Below are positions 56,699 through 64,000 of a stretch of 64,000 nt of DNA, piece by piece. Numbering within the stretch: the stretch's first letter is position 1; each line of letters opens with the position of its first letter. The stretch comes from an uncultured virus (IMG/VR IMGVR_UViG_3300017941_000006) (taxonomy: Duplodnaviria; Heunggongvirae; Uroviricota; Caudoviricetes), in IMG/VR virus record IMGVR_UViG_3300017941_000006, one strand, 5' to 3'. The notes beneath the pieces were generated by a model, which was not told where the DNA came from, ran no database searches, and saw nothing but the letters and a program-made list of their open reading frames with translations. Both the position numbers and the translations under genes were made by a program.

Positions 56699-57736
56699 AT
56701 GCAAGATATAATTCGTGAAACAGATTCCAAATCTACTTTTAATGGACTTTGTTTGGGAAAAGTTTATGGAGTTCACTCAGAAGGCCGTATGGTTGATGTT
56801 TTACTTTTTAACGGAACGCCATTGGAAAAGGTACAAGTTTTGACTCTATATGGAAGCTCACGGGTAGGATCGACTGGGCTTCCGATTCCTAAGTATATAA
56901 AGAATGATAAAGAAATACTTATGACAGAACGTGATGACCCTTTGCGCATGGCTCAGAAAGAGGAATCGGATATTTTTTGCGTTGTTGGTTATCTTGGAGG
57001 TTATCTTTTAAACCCAATAGTTTTAGGATTTTTATTTCCAGAGGAATGTGAACTTTTATGCGGCACAGATCAGATAGGTAACAAAGATGGTTCAATGTTT
57101 CTTTGGAAGCATGAGTCTAATGTTTACGCTCGTGTAGCAAAAGGTGATACCATTGATCAGTCTTCAGAAATTGAAGTAAGCCATCCAAGTGGATTGCTAA
57201 TAAAAATAGGAAGTTATGATACAGATAAGAAGCCGGATGAGCAAAGAACTCCTATTGTTAATTGGGATAGTCTAAATGACCTGAGAACTTTTAATCCTTT
57301 AAACCCTGATACCAAAAAAGTCGATCCAGCACCTTGGGTTCATCTTTATCATCCTTCTGGAACTTATCTGACGGTAGACAATAAGGGTAATGTCGATATA
57401 GTAGTTATAGGCGATGTAACCAAAACAGTTAAAAAAGATGATTCTGGCGATAGAGGTAATGTAACCGAAGTAATTGAAGGCGATGTGCATAGAACAATAC
57501 AAGGGAACGTTACCGAAGAGATTGATGGTACTCTCGACCAGACAATTAAGAAAAAGGTAACGCAAGTATTTGAGGATGATTTTGATAAGACTGTGCAGAA
57601 GGATGTAAAAGAAACTTTAGAAGGAAATGTTACTAAGGATGTATCGGGAACAGAGACCGATACAGTTACAGGTGCATGGCAAAGAAATTCAAGTGATTCC
57701 ATTAAAGATACCGCCCCAAGAATAGATCATGATTAA
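56699..57736 (+). CDS. baseplate spike (gpV/gp5-like)
   Basis: N-terminal OB-like region, HPSG motifs, C-terminal V-x-G-x-V beta-helix repeats; followed by PAAR. Confidence 0.8.
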   Translation: MQDIIRETDSKSTFNGLCLGKVYGVHSEGRMVDVLLFNGTPLEKVQVLTLYGSSRVGSTGLPIPKYIKNDKEILMTERDDPLRMAQKEESDIFCVVGYLGGYLLNPIVLGFLFPEECELLCGTDQIGNKDGSMFLWKHESNVYARVAKGDTIDQSSEIEVSHPSGLLIKIGSYDTDKKPDEQRTPIVNWDSLNDLRTFNPLNPDTKKVDPAPWVHLYHPSGTYLTVDNKGNVDIVVIGDVTKTVKKDDSGDRGNVTEVIEGDVHRTIQGNVTEEIDGTLDQTIKKKVTQVFEDDFDKTVQKDVKETLEGNVTKDVSGTETDTVTGAWQRNSSDSIKDTAPRIDHD

Positions 57737-57744
57737 GGAGAAGT

Positions 57745-58050
57745 ATGCCAGCAATAGCAAGACACGGTGACCAGTGTGCACAGTATTTACATCCTGCTAC
57801 AGCTTCCACAGTTGTGGCGTCGGGAACCAAAGTTTTTGCAGATGGTAAGGCAGTGGCAAAGGTAGGCGACCACCTTTCGCTTCATTACCATTACATAGGT
57901 TCCCATTGGTATCCAGAAACACCTCCATCTGTGTTTCTAATTGGTTCAGATAAAGATTTTGTGGAGGGAAAAGGAGTTCTGAGGGTAGGAGATGTAGCAA
58001 ACTGCGGTTGTCGAATTATAGCAGGTTCACCAGATACTAATTCAGAGTAG
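57745..58050 (+). CDS. PAAR-like spike tip protein
   Basis: PAIARHGD, DGKAVAKVGD, EGKGVLRVGD..CG..I.AGS. Confidence 0.85.
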   Translation: MPAIARHGDQCAQYLHPATASTVVASGTKVFADGKAVAKVGDHLSLHYHYIGSHWYPETPPSVFLIGSDKDFVEGKGVLRVGDVANCGCRIIAGSPDTNSE

Positions 58051-58058
58051 AGGATTTT

Positions 58059-60359
58059 ATGTCAATCTTTAATGTGCCCAGTTCGCCTCCTTTTGGTAAA
58101 GGAATACCAGAAACAGGAATGGCTGGTGGTGGGCCTAAGCCAAGAACTGATACTTTAAACAAAGCTCTTACGTTCAAATTTGAGAATATCAGTAAAGGTG
58201 TTACGTCAGGCTCTCAAATATATTTCATTTCTTTCTTTGTTAATCCTGAAGAATTTAATCAGACAGAGCCTGCAAGGACTAGCATCACTCAAACGAAGGG
58301 TGGAGCTTTTGTGGATTACTTTGGCCCCGGACTTCCGGTAATTACTATTCGTGGAAATACCGGTTTTGCACCACGAGACATGGGTTCTGGGCATAAGCCG
58401 ATAACTGGGCAACAAAATTTTCTTGAAGTGCGTGCGCTTTATAGAAAATATTTAGAAAAAGTCCAAAGTGATCCGGATAAAGTTAAAGTTACCTTTTACA
58501 ATCATGCAGATAACGAAGCCTGGGAAGTTTCTATAACTAACTTTGTATTGCTTAGAAATGTAAGCCGTCCCCTTCTATATCAGTATACCATAACAATGAC
58601 CTGTCTTCGTAATGTTGGAGCGAAGATATCAAGAGTCTCATCTGGATGGGTCGGAACTGATTATACATACGGGTCTGTTGCGAATCCAAGCGAAAGAATA
58701 CGTCTTGCAGTCAATCGTCTTACTAAGGAAACAGGATTTTTAGACAGTCTCCTCAACAAGATTGTTGATATTACTGGTCTTTCTTCTGGTTCGATTAACA
58801 TGATTGATTTAATTAACAAAGGGAAAGAATATTACAATACTGTTTCTAAAGCATATGATACGGTTCAATCTGCTATTTCTCAAGTTGAAGATTTAGCGAA
58901 AACTTTGAATATGTATGTTCAGGGAGCAACAGCTTTTATAACAAAACCTTTTGATCTTGTACAAGATGCTGCAAGTGCTTTAAGTGATGTAGCTTTCGAA
59001 ATGAGTTCTGTGGCAGATGTACCTCACGAACTTATTCGATCTTTTAGAGAGATGGCATGTGCAATTACTTCAATCCCTCAAGCTGCCTTTCAAGGTTTTG
59101 CAAATCCATATGTATTTGAAGGAGAGAGCAACTGTGGGGCGAGTTTAGGGGTTCCAGATGCTCCTGTTGCAGGTTCCCCAAATAGTTTTACTGCTACTGC
59201 AGATCTACCTCCTGAAAGATTAGTTTCCCAAGTTTTTGAAAATCCACAACTTACTTTAACCCTTAAGGAAGATCCATTATCTGTGACCGGAGTCTATTTG
59301 ACTACCGATGTGGCAAGAATTGGAAATAACTATTTAGATACATGGGTAGGGAAAGCAGTTAATCTTACCACAGTTCCAAACGCCCCTATTGTTGTAGATT
59401 ACAAAGGGTATCAAACTCCTTCTATTTTCCAAAAGATTATGCTTCATACAGCTCGTTCTCATATTGTTTTGGATGGTGATACTCTCGAGAGGATCTCATT
59501 AGAAGAATATGGTGATTCTTCAAGATGGAAAGAAATAGTTTTGTACAATAGTCTTGAATACCCTTTTACAGCCGGTACTAATTTTCAAACTAAGTATAAG
59601 TCTACAGGTTTTGTTAGATTTTATAGAAAATCAGACTTCACCAGTGTTATTCTTATTCCGAAAGATACTGTTGTATGGAGTCCTGCATATCAAGGGACTA
59701 ACCAAATAAATTTTGTGGTCACACAACCGACAGTTTTACCTATTTCAACATCTTATGTGGATGTTCCAATAGAAGCTCAGCAAGCCGGAGAGGCTGGCGA
59801 TGTTGGCCCTGGAAGAATTACTGGCTTTACAGGTTTTGTAACTTCTATACAGAAAATTTCAAACATCTCTGCTGTTATAGGTGGAAAAATTTGGAATGTT
59901 GCAAAACCCGGCGATGTTTTGCAAATTCCGGATACCTCTGCTCCCTCTTCTGACAATATCGTATCTTCTGGAAACACGTATGAAGCATTGTTTGGTATAG
60001 ATATATTGCTTAAAGATGGAGAGTTTGATTCCGGAATCGAAGGAAATCCAGATTTACAAAGAGTATATGGTGTTAAAAATTTAGAGCAGGCTTTAACGGA
60101 TCGATTACGAACATCTCTTGATTTTTATGTGTATCATCCCGAGTATGGCTCAAATATTCCCAAGTATATAGGACGCAAAAATATAAGTTATTGGGAAGAC
60201 ATAGTTAGTTGGGATATCCAAGATGTGTGTTTGCTAGACCCACGAATAAGCGAACTTCAAAATTTTATTCTGAATGCCGATGGAGATGCAATTCAGGTAG
60301 AATTTGATGCAATTCCGATTAATGAAAATACGTCATTACCATTAAACATTATTTTGTAA
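58059..60359 (+). CDS. fused baseplate protein (tube-initiator-like + LysM-like + gp25-like)
   Basis: VNPEE...QTKGG..VDYFG.GL..ITIRGNTG; HIVLDGDTLERIS..EYG...W.EI; GVKNLEQAL.DRL.T....HPEYGS. Confidence 0.72.
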   Translation: MSIFNVPSSPPFGKGIPETGMAGGGPKPRTDTLNKALTFKFENISKGVTSGSQIYFISFFVNPEEFNQTEPARTSITQTKGGAFVDYFGPGLPVITIRGNTGFAPRDMGSGHKPITGQQNFLEVRALYRKYLEKVQSDPDKVKVTFYNHADNEAWEVSITNFVLLRNVSRPLLYQYTITMTCLRNVGAKISRVSSGWVGTDYTYGSVANPSERIRLAVNRLTKETGFLDSLLNKIVDITGLSSGSINMIDLINKGKEYYNTVSKAYDTVQSAISQVEDLAKTLNMYVQGATAFITKPFDLVQDAASALSDVAFEMSSVADVPHELIRSFREMACAITSIPQAAFQGFANPYVFEGESNCGASLGVPDAPVAGSPNSFTATADLPPERLVSQVFENPQLTLTLKEDPLSVTGVYLTTDVARIGNNYLDTWVGKAVNLTTVPNAPIVVDYKGYQTPSIFQKIMLHTARSHIVLDGDTLERISLEEYGDSSRWKEIVLYNSLEYPFTAGTNFQTKYKSTGFVRFYRKSDFTSVILIPKDTVVWSPAYQGTNQINFVVTQPTVLPISTSYVDVPIEAQQAGEAGDVGPGRITGFTGFVTSIQKISNISAVIGGKIWNVAKPGDVLQIPDTSAPSSDNIVSSGNTYEALFGIDILLKDGEFDSGIEGNPDLQRVYGVKNLEQALTDRLRTSLDFYVYHPEYGSNIPKYIGRKNISYWEDIVSWDIQDVCLLDPRISELQNFILNADGDAIQVEFDAIPINENTSLPLNIIL

Positions 60360-60430
60360 GGACATAAGAGAATTGCATGCCGGATTATGGATTTTAGATG
60401 ATTTGATCCTTTTTAAGGTCGGAGGTTAAT

Positions 60431-62605
60431 ATGGCGTTTCAAGTCAAAAAGTTTAATTCAATAATAGCAAGCATGATTAATTGGCTAAGTAGTAACACAG
60501 CCAGGATCACAGATTTTAATGTGGGATCAACAAGCCGAACTCTTTTAGAGGCTGTGGCTATAGAGTTGGAAGAGCTCTACTACCAATTATTGATAGCTGT
60601 TCAGGAAGCTATTGAAGAAGCCATATACAGAGCTTTCAACTTTCAAAGAAATCCGGCTGAATCTTCCACAGGATTGGTTCGGTTTGAACGTTCGTCGGGA
60701 TCGGAACTCACTATTTCTGTACCAAGAGGAACTAATGTAGCTACAGACTCTGCACCGCCAATTTTATTTGAAACTCAATCTGATGATTCAATTCCTGTAG
60801 TTGCTGGTAGAGCTACAGGGGGAGGAGTAACAACTCTTATAGACTCTTCTAAGAATTGGGTCGATGAAGGAATAGGTATCGGAGCCAAAGTAAAAAATAT
60901 TACGGATAGTGGAGAGACCCCACCTTCCGGAGTGATTGCAATACAAACCACTATTAATACCAATGATACATTGCTTTTTGGAACTCTGTCAGGTCTTGCA
61001 TCTTTTGTTGTGAATAATGACTATTATATAGCTGTGTTTTACGATGATGACGGAGTTGTAACTGATATAACGACTGCGGCACATGGTGGGATACTCTTTC
61101 CAGTAGCCTTAGTTCTTAACGAGGACTACATTTATTTGGGGAGCGATGATTTATTCTTTGGTCTGGTATTTAATAAAGGAGGAGGCGCAGCTCAGAATGC
61201 TGCGGCTTCATTGATAGTAGAATATTGGAATGGTGTGGCTTGGGTTCTTGCTACAGATTTAGTTGATGGGACAGCTGGAGTAGGTGGAAAACCTTTTTCT
61301 TCCGCTGGGGATATTATCTGGAGACTTCCAAGCGATTGGATTAAGGCCGTTTATCAAAACCAAAATCTTTATTGGGCAAGAATTTCAGCGTCTGCTACAT
61401 TAACCCCAGGTTCTCAAGGAGATTACTTTAAATACAAAAGAGGGGATTCTTATAAAGTTGTCACCATGTTTAAAGACATTGATGTTCAAGCGATTCAGTC
61501 CGGGGTTGTTGGGAATGTTGCAGCCAATACAATCATAATTCTCTCAAGTAATATTCCAAATGTGGCGGATATTAAAAATTTAGCCGCATTCTCGGATGGG
61601 GAAGATGAAGAAACCTCTTCGGCTCGGAAAGCCCGCTTTGCTCTTTATATTCAGAGTTTAGCCCGAGCAACAAGAGGAGCTTTGGAATATGCAGCAAGAA
61701 CTGTTCCTCAAATTGTAGCAGCTAAAGCTATAGATGATGTTCGGCCAACTGTGCTCAAAGAACAGTACGGGAGTACTTCTGTTTTTACGGATATAACAAA
61801 TGCTATGCGGAATCCTTCAGATCCCGAAGTGAAGCTCTTTGAAGATACAACAAATGAGAATGATGCTTTGTATATCGGGGGAAATGAACTTTTTGATTAT
61901 TTGAATATGCATCTCATCCAAGCAGGTGTAGTTGCTACTGACAACTTGGTTTGGGAGTATTATAGTGCAGATGGCTGGCAGTCTTTAGCCGTTACGGATG
62001 GAACAGATCCGGGAGGAGCAACTCCGGGACCTTTGCAGCAGAGTGGAACTGTATCATGGACTATTCCAAATGATATAGTTGCGACAACTATCAATAATTT
62101 TCAAAAGTTGTGGATACGATTGAGAGTAACAGCAGGTGGGGTAACTTTTGCAACTATACCAACTGGCGATTATTGTTCTTTACCTCCTGGTTTTGGATAT
62201 GTTTATCTTTATTGCCATGATGGAAGCGGAGAACTTAATTCAAGTCTTATAACATCAGTAGAAAATGCTGTAGAACTCTATAGAGGATGTGGAATAATTG
62301 TAGAGGTGAAAGCCCCAACTAAGATTCAACCAACAATTACTGTTACCTTGTTTATTGCTTCTAACTATGATGCTACTGACATTGCCACTAAGGTTCGCCA
62401 AGCCCTTATTGATTACCTTTATACCAAGGTTTTAGGGGAAGATTTGTACATTGCAGAACTTTATAGGTTCATCATGGATAGCAATAATAAGGCTATTTTG
62501 AACGTCAATATAACTGCACCTATAAGTGATTTGATTGTGGCAAGCAGCGCAGTTTTAAGACCTAATCCACTTAACGTAACAGTGACTGGGATAATCTTAT
62601 CTTAG
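60431..62605 (+). CDS. baseplate J-like (wedge) protein with two inserted domains
   Basis: ITDFNVGS..RTLLEAVA, GVVGNVAANTI, DGEDEET....RF..YIQSLARAT..ALEYA. Confidence 0.88.
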   Translation: MAFQVKKFNSIIASMINWLSSNTARITDFNVGSTSRTLLEAVAIELEELYYQLLIAVQEAIEEAIYRAFNFQRNPAESSTGLVRFERSSGSELTISVPRGTNVATDSAPPILFETQSDDSIPVVAGRATGGGVTTLIDSSKNWVDEGIGIGAKVKNITDSGETPPSGVIAIQTTINTNDTLLFGTLSGLASFVVNNDYYIAVFYDDDGVVTDITTAAHGGILFPVALVLNEDYIYLGSDDLFFGLVFNKGGGAAQNAAASLIVEYWNGVAWVLATDLVDGTAGVGGKPFSSAGDIIWRLPSDWIKAVYQNQNLYWARISASATLTPGSQGDYFKYKRGDSYKVVTMFKDIDVQAIQSGVVGNVAANTIIILSSNIPNVADIKNLAAFSDGEDEETSSARKARFALYIQSLARATRGALEYAARTVPQIVAAKAIDDVRPTVLKEQYGSTSVFTDITNAMRNPSDPEVKLFEDTTNENDALYIGGNELFDYLNMHLIQAGVVATDNLVWEYYSADGWQSLAVTDGTDPGGATPGPLQQSGTVSWTIPNDIVATTINNFQKLWIRLRVTAGGVTFATIPTGDYCSLPPGFGYVYLYCHDGSGELNSSLITSVENAVELYRGCGIIVEVKAPTKIQPTITVTLFIASNYDATDIATKVRQALIDYLYTKVLGEDLYIAELYRFIMDSNNKAILNVNITAPISDLIVASSAVLRPNPLNVTVTGIILS

Positions 62606-62614
62606 GATGATTTA

Positions 62615-64000
62615 ATGATAAAGAACTTTCTTCAGAAACTTATTAGGAATTTGGCTCCGGATGTTTTTAAACCAGACCCTTATACCCCGGGCTTGTTATA
62701 TTTAACCCTGGATGCTATTCAAAGAGAGATAAGCGGTATATGTCCGTGGGATACAGGGGAAGAATGTTTAAAAGGCTATGATTCTTTTTGGTCTTCTCCG
62801 TGTAGGAACTTTAATTGTCCGGGATATCTTCATCCTCACGGTTTGATTGCATATACATCCAGAAGTTCCAGCGAAACAAGTGTTGACAATAGATTTGATT
62901 ATTCCAGCTTTAGGTATCTTGCCGGAGATGGCGATGATTGGATTCCTGCTGGAACTTTAGGAACAATGGTTCTTTTTAATTTTGGCTTTGCCGGAGACCC
63001 TGGCGGATATGGTGCTTACTACTATGGTGCTTTGTATTATGGTGATAATTCACGTCTGGGTTCAGGCGTTGGTGTAGCAGCAATCGGAGATAAATGGTAT
63101 ATCACCTGCCACACTGCAAGTATTGTAATAGGTACAGATGGGCTGAATTACAGATGCAAGCGTCAACATTTATCAGCTTCCAACAATAAGCCGATAACTG
63201 GTGATCCTCTTGTGTGGCCTCTCTATTGGGAACAGGGAGGTTTGGCTGGGGATACTTGGATAGCGGATGCTGTGTATGACATAGTTTCCATAGTTGGCCC
63301 GCCGATTGCCGATCCCGGTAACAGAGGCGGCTGGTGTGCTGTTGCTACTAAAGGGCCTTATAGCGGAGACCATGACACTATTTATACTGTAGAAATTATT
63401 GATTTTAGGGGATATATCCAAGACTTTCAGAATGCGTTATTGCAAATTTCTTTAGCTTCATGCACAGAATCTTGGCTTGACTACTGGGGAGCATACTTTG
63501 GAATTCCAAGACTTCTAACTGTAAGTGGTTATGAAGAAGATGAAATCTATAGAGCTCGGATAATGAAGGAAATCACCCGAGCCAAAGGGACAAGGTCTGT
63601 TTTACTTGAAGAAGCCCAAGCTTATTTTAAATCTGATTTGGTATCTATAGAAGAGTATCATCAGAAAGGGGCAGCGAGTGTTGTTTTAGGAACTGATGAC
63701 AAATATTATATCTGTATTTTAAATCATACTTCCGAACCGTCGAACCGTCCGATAACTGGTGACAACTGGGCTCTCTATTGGAAGCAAGGAGGCTTAGCTG
63801 GTGATACTTGGAAACCGGGACTTCCTTATGTGATAGAGACATCCCCAAGATGGGATGGGCCGGTCGCTCCGACTATAGATTGCCCTTCTTATGGAGTAGG
63901 AGACCCTGCTCAAGGATTGTGGCCCTGGGAATTTTATATTAACATTCCAGCCCAGCGTTCACTCTCTGGAAAGTTTATTAAAAGTGCAGAAGGAGATACT
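62615..64000 (+). CDS. baseplate wedge gpI-like protein (partial, runs off the window)
   Basis: MIKNFLQKLIRNL...; in-frame WLDYWGAYFGIPR...EEDEIYRARI..EI...KGT; two CBM-like repeats; absent from the ORF track, consistent with no stop before the edge. Confidence 0.72.
   Translation, partial: MIKNFLQKLIRNLAPDVFKPDPYTPGLLYLTLDAIQREISGICPWDTGEECLKGYDSFWSSPCRNFNCPGYLHPHGLIAYTSRSSSETSVDNRFDYSSFRYLAGDGDDWIPAGTLGTMVLFNFGFAGDPGGYGAYYYGALYYGDNSRLGSGVGVAAIGDKWYITCHTASIVIGTDGLNYRCKRQHLSASNNKPITGDPLVWPLYWEQGGLAGDTWIADAVYDIVSIVGPPIADPGNRGGWCAVATKGPYSGDHDTIYTVEIIDFRGYIQDFQNALLQISLASCTESWLDYWGAYFGIPRLLTVSGYEEDEIYRARIMKEITRAKGTRSVLLEEAQAYFKSDLVSIEEYHQKGAASVVLGTDDKYYICILNHTSEPSNRPITGDNWALYWKQGGLAGDTWKPGLPYVIETSPRWDGPVAPTIDCPSYGVGDPAQGLWPWEFYINIPAQRSLSGKFIKSAEGDT

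Noticed and set aside
63124..63830. Diversity-generating retroelement TR/VR pair
   Set aside because: Both copies are coding in one ORF, differences are not adenine-specific and include indels, and no reverse transcriptase is in the window
49442..64000. Stand-alone eCIS, tailocin or T6SS locus
   Set aside because: Contiguous with capsid, protease, scaffold and neck genes, so it is a phage tail
1..64000. tRNA or rRNA genes
   Set aside because: No cloverleaf or rRNA-like sequence recognised by eye in the few intergenic gaps; tRNAscan was not run

Overview
The window is the late (virion) region of a large tailed phage with a contractile tail. All convincing genes are on the + strand, and gene order and motifs resemble SPO1/Twort-like (Herelleviridae-type) myoviruses. 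The order is: (i) a 2230-aa MuF-fused polyvalent head protein carrying GHKL ATPase, two zincin peptidase, ART/Tpt1-like, CCA-adding+HD and ParB-like domains; (ii) prohead protease, scaffold and major capsid protein; (iii) a ~30-kb island between head and neck genes with about 8 glycosyltransferase domains (GT2/GT9), methyltransferases, three radical SAM enzymes, deacetylases, an ATP-grasp enzyme and three proteins made of Pro-poor (Gly-Tyr-Ser/Gly-X-Ser)n collagen-like repeats; (iv) neck, sheath, tube, tail chaperone (probable +1 frameshift), tape measure and baseplate genes, running off the right edge. The two best candidates for undescribed systems are a protease-processed, capsid-packaged effector polyprotein that includes tRNA-end-repair enzymes, and a virion glyco-collagen coat with its own sugar-modifying and radical-SAM machinery. 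All assignments come from reading motifs by eye; no database searches were run.
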